Below, in pieces: positions 1 through 12,488 of a DNA stretch of 64,000 nucleotides; position 1 is the first letter of the stretch; every line of letters begins with the position of its first letter. The stretch lies in the NCBI GenBank assembly GCA_051362555.1, contig CM120643.1, positions 10,478,001-10,542,000 on the forward strand, given 5' to 3'. The notes under the pieces were generated by a model that saw only the letters and a program-made list of their open reading frames with translations, did no database searches and was not told where the DNA came from. A program made the position numbers and the translations under genes. Source of the DNA: Lingula anatina (Eukaryota; Animalia; Brachiopoda).

Positions 1-1551
1 CTTTTTCTTCTTTCTTGTGATAACTACGGTATGTTTTTTTAAGGAAACTACCTATAAAAAGTTAAACGGTTTTAAACGTGACTTGATAAAAAGATCGAGA
101 ATCGTTCGATATCTGAAGTTAGAAAAATCAATAATTTCTAACAATAAATAAAAGAAGTAATCGAAGGCGAACTTGTTTGAAAGCTTTAAATTTCTGGGCG
201 TCTTTAACCTATTTGATGGTAGTGTTTGTGATTCCATAGTTGTAAAAGTAACTTTGTGCTCGCCTGATATTTCTCTTGTATTGTAGTACTATATTTGGTT
301 GCTTTTCTTCAAAAGTAAGCCGTAGTCTTTATTTGTGTTTCCCCAACTTTTGTATTGCATTCTAATGCATTCTGTTGCGGTACAAGCAAAATTGAAAGCG
401 TTTCACAAAACCTAAAGAACATCAGGCGTTCTATTTCCCGCCCCAAACACCTGGTCGTATAATGTTCATAAAGCAAGTTTATTTATATATTTATTTATTA
501 CCTGACCAAACCTTTGTGATCACGTGATATGGGGTCACGACCCCCGTCACAGCTGCCTTAGGGGTTCTAAAGGAGAGAAAACTAAGCCAATCCGAGTCGA
601 TAGTGAAAAATAATTGATGATAAATCGAGGCAAAGGTTACAAGTTATAGTTTTTGCACGATGTATATAATGTATACCGTTTCTCTTTATTAGTGTTGTCG
701 CAAATAGCATATCTTTATTTGGTTTCTATATACGTTTATGTTAAAGGTAAAGTCAATTTAATACAAAGATGAACCAGTTTTACGCTTCAATATTAGGTTA
801 GACAACCATACTGCTTTTCATTTATTTATAACGACAGACGGACAAACAAATTGTAGAACAAAGAGATACGTCAACGCATATATGCTTTAGTATTTTAACA
901 GCTGTATTTGACAAGAAGTCTGAAGCAACTTGCCGTGTAAGCTGATATAATAGGAATTTCATTTAAAGAATCGAAAAGATTCACGCTTTTAATCTCAGCA
1001 TTTTTTTTTATTTTTTGGTATGTACACTGTAAAGATAAGGAAGAATATTCTATCATTATAAACAATGCTTTTCGTATGTTAGTCATTTTCGTCCGGGGTG
1101 AATTTCAAATAATTTCTAGTATTTTTGATTTTTCACATTCATCTGCAAAATTCCCATCCATTCACAAATGCTTTTGTGTCAGGATAAATTTCTACTAATC
1201 TCTTTGAAAGTTTTATACAAAATTTATAATCATTCATGACATTAGACAAAACTGGCGTTTATCTAGCATAGAATGTTTTTACATACTGTAAAGTGTGTAC
1301 ATTTTCTTATTTGTGTAGATCAAACATAAGAAGCGAATTATCTTTATATGAAACACAGTTGTGTGGGAATTTTATCTTTAAGTATATTGTTAAAATTAAA
1401 TCGAAATGTTCTGGATGTAATAAATGATTATGCATTCTTCAAAGCCCGCAGCAATTACGGATTCAAAACTCATTGCAAGGAAAAATACTACCTCCTTTTG
1501 CTTTTAAAGTTTGTTTATTGATTTTACTAAAGATATGAAATATAAATCCTT

Positions 1552-1705
1552 CAGGCCCGTAGCCAGCAATTTCAAAAGGGGGGTTCTTTTTCTGAAGAAG
1601 TGGACCTTTTCCCATAAAAACTTCATGTACCTAGATCACATTTTATCCAGAGTGGACCCCCCGACCCCCCCCCCCCCCCCCCCCCCCCCCCCGGCTACGG
1701 GCCTG
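1552..1705. mobile_element. MITE with CAGGCCCGTAGCC terminal inverted repeats (TIRs) and 5-bp TSD (hAT5-like)
   Basis: TIR caggcccgtagcc...ggctacgggcctg, flanked by tcctt on both sides; related copy in opposite orientation at 29409-29575. Confidence 0.8.
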
Positions 1706-1756
1706 TCCTTCCATACCTACATATCGAATTAACATACTATACATGCACTCTTCCAG

Positions 1757-4700
1757 ATTACCGCAACGTACAGAATTGCATATTACTACAGGGACACGAC
1801 AACCGATGATTTCTATTCCCTGTACTTCTGCAACACGACGACCATTGAAACAGGTACATTACTGGGATTCCAGCTTTTTAATCTGAAATGTTCCTCAGGA
1901 GGTTGTGGAGTCGGAAACACAATTGTAGTTGGTGGCAGCGGCGGGTTGCTGTACACGTGCACGGACTATTCGGCGTTCGCCAAAATCTCCACGGGAGAGG
2001 GGTCGGAGAATTTCAATGTGACTGGAGATTCGGTTTTATAGTAGGTTTTACAATTTTACAGTAATAGTTTTATGTCGGCAATAAAGATTTTATATGATTT
2101 TATATTTTAATTTTGACGTAGAATGCTGTTTATTTCTCTTTTGACTTAAAATACATATATAAATATTACTGAAATATGGTTGAAAAGGGAATTAGACTAA
2201 AGGTGATCAAAAACCTAACTATACAATCTTTATATTCGTGTCAAATTAATGCACAACTGCAGTATGTTGATAAGTGCATTTCTATCATCACATATGTCTA
2301 TATTTCAGCTTATTTTTCAATGGCCTTCCAGACTTGATGCCAAATTATAACGGCAGATTGAGACTTCAAAGCACGATCAATGCTACAGTACGAAGTGATA
2401 CGGGAACGATTAACTCCTCCCCTTGGGCGCCTTTGGTTCCTGAAGTGCGTTTACAAAAAGGGTGCACCGCTACCTTTAATATACCAGGTACAATCATCAT
2501 ATAAAAATACATCAAGCAATGTTGTTTTTCTTTCCTTTTAAAAGGACTGTAAAAAAATCCGTAGTCGCACTTATACATACAGATATTACAGTTGCAATTG
2601 CTACATCTCTTTACATTTTTGGGAGTAAATAGGTCATTAGGGTAATCTGTCACATTCCCACAAAGGAGTTTTGTCAAAGGATGCAATAATAATAATGTGA
2701 TGCCAAGGTTTTAGTCACATTACTCAAATGTTAACACGCGCTAAATAATTACCACTTTCATCTGTGAGAAAGTCTTCTTCTTCTCGTTAATTTTGCATGG
2801 AATTGTTTTCGTAGGCCTACATAGATACCGGGTATCACATTATTGTGTACCGATAGGCCTATAACAAAAGAAATTTACAGTTACAAATGTATCTGTCAAA
2901 TATACGCTGAAAATGGAGGATATCTGTTTACTTCTAGTATATGATAGTGACGGTGACACAGTAAGATGCCGGTGGGCCCAGTCTGAACAGGGAGAGTGTG
3001 CCACGTGCACTGAAGAAGATATCGGATTCTCTTTGGATGAGGTATGATGCTTTGTTTTTTCATAACTTTACCAATCTAAACCACGTGTAGATAGATAGAT
3101 AGATAGATAGATAGATATATTTTTATTTTGCCATCTCCGAGCAGCAGAATACAATATTTAACATAACCGTATTTAACGTACCGTAACGTTTCAGTCAATT
3201 TATTAAACTCATTTCTGTTAAACAGAGATATAGGGCCTGTATGTGACGGAGTTCGGTTATCAGGTGGAAGATAAAAGGGAGGGGGGGATAAAAAGTCAAA
3301 ACAGAGAATTGTGCTTTCCTCACATTACTCAGTTACTCAGAAAGTCACTTCCAGTTCAAATAATTGAAATCAAAGTATGTGCCTCCGTGATCTCACTTGG
3401 TTTGTCTTCGCAATAATAACAGTTCATAATATAATTAGGCATTAACGATGTTGGTAGTCAAAACACATGTTGAAAATTATTGTCTTTTTTTCTTTTGAAT
3501 AGAGTGTTTATTTATTTATTTATTTTTTTTCATTTTCAGTGCACAGTTAGTTACAACGGCTCTAATATAACAGAACGACACTATATGATGGCAATAGTTC
3601 TCGAGGATTTCGTGAGTTCCTCAAGTACGGCATCCTTAAGTGCAGCACCTCTTCAGTTTCTGGTCAAAATTTATTCTTCTGGTGAGGGATGTAACGCTAG
3701 ACCCACTTTCACTGCCGACACGCCGATAGATGGCACGACAATCACAGTACCTCCGGGACAGAATTTTACAACAGTTCTATCATCTGGTAGTCCGAGGAGT
3801 GGAATAAAGTAAGTGCATTTCTTTTAGATATGCTTTGTTTTTCTTGTACTATGTGATTGAAAATAATTCATTTTCTAAAATAATTTAAATAATTTATAAA
3901 ATTATTGATTGAAATATTGAATTAAAATTATCTGTAAGATGTTCATACAGAGTTGCTAAGATTATAAGTTAAAGATAGCACAACTTTCATGCTCAATAGA
4001 AAGGACAGTATTTAAATTTAGCCTCAAAAATAACTTGACACTGTTGTTCTTAAGAATTATCAGCCTGCAACCTTTTCAATCTAATTTCTTCTGTTATACG
4101 TGCACATGAGCAACGGTGCCGCCGATGAAAGTCTGTGAAAAAAATTATATATATATATAATAAATTCATTTTTACAATGATGCCATACATAATGTTAAGA
4201 TATACATGTAATAAATGAAAAAAAAAACAATAAAGAAGAAATTATTGAATTATTCATCTTTTTCATGTAGCATTCAGGAGATCCAGACCGTCTCCCCTCT
4301 CGGTGCCTGGAAGAGTCCACTGAGTTCCAGTGGTGGTCAGTGGTCAGTGCAGGTGGACTGGACGCCCTCTGAGGAGATGCGAGGCCGGATGGAGTACCTC
4401 TGTTTTATGGCGATTGACTCCGAAGGGTGAGTTGTCTTTATTTGATGCATGGGTAACAATTTCATTATTTTGAAAGTGTTTTTTTTTTTCAATTTAAACA
4501 CGTAGTTCGGAATGTAAAATAAAAAGCCTTGTCATCCAAAGCGTATTGTGTTCAGTTGTTGAAAATATTACACAAAAACGTACACTGCGTTTAACACACA
4601 GTTCAACTTAGTGGAAATTTTATATTTACCATGTTTTTACCCTCAATAAATAAATACATAAATAGTTTTATTATTTTTTAATTCTAGGCTGACGTCAGAG

Positions 4701-7700
4701 TTGAGGTGTATCAGGCTTCATGTTACAGGTACAATTAATTCTCGCATGCATGCATAAGAATAAAATAAGAAGAATTGTCGGCTGAAAAAAATGGTTAAAT
4801 GTCGTTCACAAAAACTGCTTCTCGGTGTGATAAAAGCTTACACTTATTCAAAGAAGAATATTACAAGTTAAAGCTGAACAGAGAGTTAAACAATTAATCA
4901 TCTTGATATCCTTTCCACATGCATATGCTTTACACAGCATGTAAGGCAAAAAAGGTAGGAATCTCTATGCTTCTATTGGTTTTTCCTTTGACCGATTTTT
5001 TTAAACCCAACACCACATAAATTTCAAAATTTCAGATATCGTTACAACAGAGCCTCCAACGACCAGTACTACAACTGTAACCACAACATCGACCTCTGCC
5101 ACAACGACTACGACCACAACGACTCCAACAACAACAACGTCTACAACTACCACAAGTACAACAACTACAACAACACCAAAAACTACAACAACTAGTACAA
5201 CATTGTCCACTACAACTACAACAAGAACAACGTCAACGACATCTAAACCGTCAACTTCAACTAAGTTGTCGCAATTGTCTAGTAGGACTTCTCCAGCAAG
5301 CAGGATTTCCTCAGAGACATCCACCACATATACTGATATATCCACAAGGTCAAACGAAGGTCAACTTTCATCTACAACAGAACTTCCAAAAGGTAGAGCA
5401 AGCACTGTAACCATAGCAACCTCCTGGGTTCTCTTCTGTTCCTTAGCGATGGCGTTTATGACTAGAAGGAATATTTATCCTTTGTATTATTCTTAGAAAA
5501 TATTTCAAATTTTTTAAATTCACATTAAAAAAGAAAAAGAAAATCATGGTCCAGATTTGGCTCCAATTTTAATACAAATTTAAAGTTTCCGTCCCTACCA
5601 TCCCGCCGTTCGTTTGTGTGCTAATTATTTGGTGCTTGGTGCTTCGATATTTCACCAATTTAATCCCTGCATGCTGAATTCATTGCCTTTCAAGCAATAA
5701 TCATAATTAGTCAAAACCAACCTTGTCTTACCTAGTCAAGCTGAAATACACATTCATTTGTTTTCGCAAATTTATCTTTGACTTTGTTTTCTTTTCTTGC
5801 ACGGCTAAATTTTTCTTTTTTGGTCACTATGTTTGTTGTCTATGTTTCCTTTTAGTAGCATTTAATTTAATAACCTGCACATAAACGTTATTGCACACTT
5901 CAACACGATATATTTACTTGTTAAACGATGCACCAATACCGAAGGTGTTTTGCATCTGTTTTGGGGTATTTTATTTTTTAATAATTTCTGTATTAATGTT
6001 TTGTTTGCTATTGTTACCTTGCATATCTCCAATACATGTTTGCATTTTGATAAATATATTGCATTTTCGTAATACGTTGTCTATTAAATTTGCACGTGTG
6101 TTGCTTTATTGTTAATATTTTGAACCTACGCACCTCATTAAAAGTCCAGAAAATTAGTCAGCTCCTGGTTAAATATTCTGATCTAGTCATGGCCTTTAAA
6201 GTCGAAGGCAAGTCAGGGCATAAAATGGATTATTCACAGTGAGAAATGAACCCATTGCTTGTGCCTTCTAGAACCCTCCACATCCGCCAGTGCCGAAATC
6301 GAATTAGCAAGTTATACTCTTCAACCAACTGGTGAAACCGGGCTCATGGTTTCAACAGCGCAATTTCATTCAGCCCAAAGTTGGGTAACATCAACATCTG
6401 CGCCATCAACAGTTCAAAGTCCCCTGACATCGCTATCTGCGACAGCCACATTTCAGAGTTCAGCAACTGGTGAAACCGGGCTCATGGTTTCAACAGCGCA
6501 ATTTCATTCAGCACAAAGTTGGGGAACATCAACATCTGCGCCATCAACAGTTCAAAGTCTCCTGACCGCCACATTTCAGAGTTCAGCAACATCGTTATCA
6601 ACTCAGATCACAGCACAAACTTCGCCATCATCGATCATTTCTTCGGCCGCAAATTCGGTCTGGCCTACGACTGTGATAGGTATTTCGCCTTCCAGCGCCG
6701 ATGTTTATTCATGGGTTACCTCGACAACGGAAAGCGCTTTTCGGTATTCTTCTGAATTCTTGGTTGTATCTCCCTCAGTAGGGAGCTCAAATTATCCAAG
6801 GAACAATAGTAGTAGCGAGACTGTGTCAGTTGTGACGTCACGGACAGAAACTGCCGTGCTATATACTTCTGTCTCAGAAACTGCAGAATTATCAATTCAA
6901 AGTTCAATGACCACGCCTCCTGGGACCGCCTCCATACAAGGTTCGGCAACATCATTATCAAATGCGATCACAGCACAAGGTTTGTCATCATCGATACCTT
7001 TTTCGGGTGCAAATCCGTCCTGGCCAACGATCAGGATCAGTACCGATCATCTTAGAAGTATACATTCATCGTCCTCTAGTGAATATTTTAGTCATGAAGT
7101 CACTTCGGAGTCATTTGATCCTGGAGGGTCACCCAGTGAAGTCACAACGGGCTTGAACGTCGTGGAGACGTCATGCTCATTTTCTGTTTCTGATAAAGCA
7201 CAAACAGACATTTTATCTAGTTCAAGAAGAACATTTTCTGGAGGTAATATGCAAAGTACTGTGACCAGTGCTCAGCCTGTTTTGTCCACAGAGACATATG
7301 AAACAACGAAAAACTATTACTCATCTATGGAGATTTCATCGCCACGTGCAGTGAGTAGTCGACGTCACTCATTGCAATCTCCAGGCATTCTCCCATCATC
7401 TGCGCGTCATCATTCTTCAATTTCAGTTATTTATCCATCATCGTCATCACATTTATCTCATATATCGACATCTACCCAAATGACACAGACAATCAAGTTT
7501 GAAAGTAGCAGCTCGTTATTGCCTTCGAACAATGAGACGCGAGGGGGCGTTGATACCCAATCTAGTGGTATGAAATCGTCTTCATATTTTCGTTTTTTTT
7601 AAGTATTAAACATAACCGTTCAAGTGAATGAAATAAAATTAACGGTTTTCGTCGTCGTAGCTAAAATTAAAATGATTTTTATTACTCCTTCATTTATGAT

Positions 7701-8520
7701 CATTTCGATGTATGGAAAATCCGTAGTGGATAAAATTATATACTTAACATTTTTAGAAATATATTAATTATTTTGATTTTGATTCTAATGTTAAAAAGTG
7801 ATATATTTGAACTGACTTTTCTTTACATTGCAGCTACCGATCCTGACTTTCTCATGACTTGGTCCTCTCTCGGACTTGCAGTACTTGCTCTTATCGGGTC
7901 AGTCATTTCTGTTGTCCACTGTATTCTGACAGGCCGCCACTACGAGCGCAACAGTCAGCTACACACCAGCAGTGCCAAGACAAACTCAACTCAGGGGACG
8001 AGACTCAGTTCTGACGTGTCGTCAATGGCAGGTAAGGGATCTTGTAGTTACTTTATACTTCTTAAACTTTAACAGTCAGTCATAAAGGAGTCCAGTAACA
8101 TTTTATTCCACCAGGCAAATGGGTTTCTCTTTTGAAGTAGAAATGATAAATGTACATACTACATAGAACGCAGTGACCAGTACATGTATTGTGTAAGAAA
8201 TTAAACGCACCTTCTAATATTATGACATTCTCATTCCAATATGCCAAATTTCTACGACATTTGGCAATTTGAACAACTGGCAAAGACGTTATTTATTTAA
8301 AGGAAAATGAAACACACAAGTTTGTTAAATTTTCGTACCATAGAGTTTTTGTCATATTTTAGGAGTAGCGGCATTGGCTCATCTCTCCGAGCAAGGTGAC
8401 CTGAAACTCACTTGGAGCTTTCATCCATTGGCAACAACAATGTTAAAACAGCCGTTCAAAATCCCTAGACCAAAATGCAAGACAGCCCATCACAGAAACT
8501 GGAGAGATTATGAAATCTAA
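1757..8520 (+). CDS. 5'-incomplete multi-exon cell-surface glycoprotein of the invertebrate 'integrin beta-like'/Sib-like family, with Thr/Ser mucin stalk; long transmembrane isoform
   Basis: Frame-consistent GT-AG exons: 1757-2040, 2309-2487, 2938-3041, 3540-3808, 4271-4426, 4688-4728, 5036-5392, 6272-7567, 7834-8031, 8363-8520 (TAA). Motifs VRSDTGTINSSP...IPVYDSDGDTVRCRWA...GEC, AIVLEDF...PLQFLV and WTP...LCFMAIDSEGLTSELRCI are recognised from memory as typical of this family. TM helix FLMTWSSLGLAVLALIGSVISVVHCIL; tail ends KIPRPK...DYEI*. First (signal peptide) exon not identified. Confidence 0.75.
3088..3116. repeat. (GATA)n microsatellite
   Basis: Direct reading. Confidence 0.95.
5036..5496 (+). 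CDS. Thr-rich exon read through to a hydrophobic C-terminus (short, putatively GPI-anchored isoform of the same gene)
   Basis: The frame continues past the internal donor AAAG|GTAGAG (5392/5393) into GRASTVTIATSWVLFCSLAMAFMTRRNIYPLYYS*: small residues followed by a terminal hydrophobic stretch. Confidence 0.5.
6326..6590 (+). repeat. Internal tandem duplication (~138 bp / 46 aa period) in the Ser/Thr mucin exon
   Basis: TGETGLMVSTAQFHSAQSW.TSTSAPSTVQS occurs twice; a further diverged repeat SATSLS..ITAQ..SS.I...AN..WPT occurs near 6580 and 6940. Confidence 0.9.
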
Positions 8521-9305
8521 ACATTTTCCCCAAAAATACTGAAAAAAGACCTATAAATGTACATGTATGAAGACGGATGTTAAAAGCCGAAGCCTACTGT
8601 CTTTCAGGACTAAAAACAGATCATCACCCGAAGCCCTTCCTTATGAAAATAGAATCGTCTTCACCTTCTTGCAATGTGGTCTAGGAGCGTATCTACGGAA
8701 AAAAGTGCCTATGGCAAGCGCTGACAATACTTATGTTGAAATATTTGACAGACACTTTTCGAAAACTTATAGAAAGACATTTATGATACCCCCTTAAAGT
8801 TTTGCCCAGGGCACTTGCCAGTGACTGATATACCCTGTTTACTTCTCTGTGATATGGCAATACCATGACTGTCTCTAACTTACTGTCCGTTTATATCTTA
8901 TTCTTTATTTTGTCGGTACCCATTTCCCATTACAATAAAGTGAATTTTACAAATTTTATCAGTCTTAATCGGTGCAGTGAAACATTTTCATTAATGTTTA
9001 CAAATATATTTTTATATATTTGTACTGAAATATACGAAGACCTGGAAGTATATTTTCCAAAAACAGTTACGGCATGCACACAATTTTGTAGTGAAGGGGT
9101 AAAGGACCTAATATCTCGTAGTTTTCCAATTGAAACGCAACACAAACACCGTCAAAGATTATGGTTAACTATCCTTTCGAATCCTATCTGATAAAGGATA
9201 ATGAGGATAAACATGTATTTAATATCCTTTTTAAAAATGCCCTTTTTAAAAATCTTTTTCGGAATATATATTAATATTATATTATTAATTATATAATTCA
9301 CAATC

Positions 9306-9355
9306 TCATTCCCTGATGAAGTCTGACAGCAAGTAGACGAAATATTATGGTAAGA
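9306..9355 (+). ncRNA. Degenerate minimal type I hammerhead ribozyme motif (Penelope-like relic)
   Basis: cc-CTGATGA-a-GTCT-loop-AGAC-GAAA-tattat-gg. Core boxes and stem II are intact; the cleavage triplet and stem I are imperfect. Confidence 0.45.
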
Positions 9356-9596
9356 TCAGACAAATATAAGTAGCTATAGACAAAAGAATCTTCACAAGTC
9401 TAACTTCTGATTCCATGAATGGCGAACGTGGGCTTGGTGCTGAAAATTTAATTTTAGTCAGCAGGCCAATTCCCCTAACTTTGCAAAATGTATGGCAGAA
9501 GACCTTATCGATTTGTGTGTGTGTGTGTGTGTGTGTGTGTAAAGAAAGACAACCAATGCTGATTTTTCAGAATAATTTTCACATAGGGGAAACACC

Positions 9597-9761
9597 TGTA
9601 ACAGGAATGAAAGTCCTAGGAGTGGAAGTCTGGGCTCCCATATGATTAGTACAGGTTAGGGTTAATTGGAGTATTGGGGTTAGTATATGGACTAATGTCA
9701 CCTGTACAAAGTAATGGGAAGCGGGCTACGGTTCCTAGCGGACTTCCATTCCTGTTACACC
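9597..9761. mobile_element. MITE with TGTAACAGGAATG TIRs
   Basis: tgtaacaggaatgaaagtcc ... ggacttccattcctgttaca; internal ggttagggtta. Confidence 0.7.
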
Positions 9762-10915
9762 TTGGCTACATGTGAAGTAGGCCCAGTTAGACACTTTTGG
9801 ACTTGTAGAGTATCGTATGTGACATCGAATATTTGCACGACTTTGAGCATACGAAGGTATGATCACCGGGTTTATTGAACATTCGTGAACAGTTTCAGTA
9901 ACAGCCTCTCATCGAAAATGAGCTATACCTGTTGTTATTTGCATAACAACAGGTTGGTCATCGTAGTGCGAGCTGTCTTCCCGAATGCTCACTTGGCAGT
10001 TAGACAGAGTCGGGTGTAGACGCAACAGTATGTGTGGTGCAGTCAGAAGGTCGAGCTTTTATAAGACGTGGAAGCAATTGTATGTTTGTGAGTATCACTA
10101 TTTCTTCATCAACAACAGCCATTAAATACTAAAGGCGCAGAAGAATGAGAAAAATATTTACGACAAATATTTAAGACATGAATCCTTTTACCATATTTCC
10201 ATTGTTACTTGTATGACACTCAGAATGGTAGAAATTATTGTTTATAGTCCAAATGTTCAGGATAAACAGCGCATTCATTTGACTTTTGATGATAACCTAA
10301 GTTTGCTTGAAATCTTCTGCACTTTGTAACCCTCTGTTTGAACATTTTTTGTGCCCCGGCCTTGACAATTAATCTTGAATATTTTGTCCTAATTTAAAAT
10401 GTCGTGTGTGTTTAAATGTAAGTATTACCACCCAAATTAATTAATTGGATGATGCTTGCACCGTTCTGAGCTCGAGCTTCTGATCCACGGATTTCGAGTG
10501 CTCATTGCAAAATGATTGACAGATACATATTTTACACAGCCTGTCATCTCCATTGTGCCGTGTGTTGTCAATCCATTACACGGGTCACTGTATGAAAACT
10601 TATTATATATGTGCAATAATTGTTATAATTTTCGAAGAGAATTTGTAAATGATCTCTTTCTCTGAAATGCGTCAACAACACGTGTTATAACTTTTAATAT
10701 CAAGTCATAATTTTGGTTTTGCACCAGCTGAACCTGAACATCAGACTATTTAATAAACGTGCACGCCATTCCATTTATATGTGCCCTCTGTCCTGTGATA
10801 CTACATGAATCATTAGAATGTAGAGAGACTGTCTGTTTAGTTCAATGTTGTAAACATTATTTTATCTTTTCAGGAGCTCAACGAGATTCTGCACAGCATC
10901 TGCCTGAATAGCCTT

Positions 10916-12488
10916 TGTTTCTCACACAGGAACCCACGGTCCTTCGTACATCCATTATATGAAAACTCAATAAAAAAAATTTGTAGTTTGGCGTTTTATT
11001 TTTCACTTTGTTATGAAATTATTGTGATAAGGATAGTAATAATCATAATGGGAAATTATTTCTTTTAAGTGTTTAAGGACTTTCAAGTTCAATCTGATCT
11101 GTAAATAAAGTCAATGTTTTTGTGGTTGACGGTTTTCTGTGGTACCTAAATTTTAAATAGTTGTAAAATGATCAGTATTTTCTAAATAACCTCTCCAAGC
11201 TGTTTTAGCGCACTGAAATAAAATATCTAAAATGGTTTCCAAAAACCAACATTTTATAGTTCGAATTTATATAAATTTCCAATCCTGGTTTTTAACAAAA
11301 TCAGGTGGGGCGAGTCCATTGCATTGGAAGGGGTGAGAGGTGGGGCGAGTCCATTGCATTGGAAGGGGTGAGGTGGGGCGAGTCCATTGCATTGGAAGGG
11401 GCGACAGGTGGGGCGAGTCCATTGCATAAGAAGGGGTGACAGGTGGGGGGAGTCCATTGCATTAGAGGGGTGACAGGTGGGGCGAGTCCATTGCATAAGA
11501 AGGGGTGTCAGGTGGGGCGAGTCCATTGCATTGGAAGGGGTGACAGGTGGGGCGAGTCCATTGCATTAGAGGGGTGACAGGTGGGCCGAGTCCATTGCAT
11601 AAGAAGGGGGTGACAGGTGGGGCGAGTCCATTGCATAAGGGGTGTCAGGTGGGTCGAGTCCATTGCATTGGAAGGGGGTGATAGGTGGGGTGAGTCCATT
11701 GCCTTGGAAGGGGTGACAGGTAGGGCGAGTCCATTGCATTAGAGGGGTGACAGCTGGGGCGAGTCCATTGCATTAGAGGGATGGCAGGTGGGGTGAGTCC
11801 ATTGCATAAGAAGGGGTGAGTCTTTATTATCCCAATTTGGTTCAGAGAACAGGAACTAAGAAATTGTTCCCTTTTACACCCAGAAATCAATTTTTTGGAC
11901 AATTTCAGCCGTATCCATTAAAAAACAACTTGATTGAAGTTTACACCAGAATTGTCCCACCTTTTCATTATTATTATTAAAATATTAAATTAAGAATTTA
12001 AGCCGTCAAAATGGACACCCCCCCCCCCCCCATATAAGAAAATATAGGAAAAATTATATCCAAACGAATTAGGTCCATATGCTGTAGAACAAAAATCTCA
12101 CGTGATTTTGTTAAAAACCAGGATTGGAAATTTATATAAATTCGAACTATAAAATGTTGGTTCTTGGAAACCATTTTAGATATTTTATTTCAGTGCGCTA
12201 AAACAGCTTGGAGAGTTATTTAGAAAATACTGATCATTTTACAACTATTTAAAATTTAGGTACCACAGAAAACCGTCAACCACAAAAACATTGACATTAT
12301 TTACAGATCAGATTGAACTTGAAAGTCCTTAAACACTTAAAAGAAATCATTTCCCATTATGATTATTACTATCCTTATCACAATAATTTCATAACAAAGT
12401 GAAAAATAAAACGCCAAACTACAAATTTTTTTATTGAGTTTTCATATAATAGATGTACGAAGGACCGTGGGTTCCTGTGTGAGAAACA
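10916..12488. mobile_element. Fold-back structure: ~385-bp near-perfect inverted repeats (10916-11302 / 12104-12488) enclosing a minisatellite
   Basis: tgtttctcacacaggaacccacggtcc...aatcctggtttttaacaaaatc is the reverse complement of gattttgttaaaaaccaggatt...gggttcctgtgtgagaaaca, with few mismatches. Confidence 0.8.
11302..11822. repeat. G-rich minisatellite, ~38-39 bp unit (caggtggggcgagtccattgcattggaaggggtga), ~13 copies
   Basis: Direct reading; explains the repetitive spurious ORFs at 11254-11902. Confidence 0.97.

Noticed and set aside
1082-1110. SHFR-like codons as the missing first exon of the Sib-like gene
   Set aside because: In-frame TGA follows within three codons and there is no suitable donor.
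5001-5345. Val-rich minus-strand ORF
   Set aside because: Antisense shadow of the Thr-rich (ACN codon) exon.
11254-11902. Repetitive ORFs (MDSPHL.../MQWTRPT...) and a possible CRISPR-like array
   Set aside because: These are translations of a 38-bp minisatellite; the units are contiguous with no unique spacers, there are no cas genes, and the DNA is eukaryotic.
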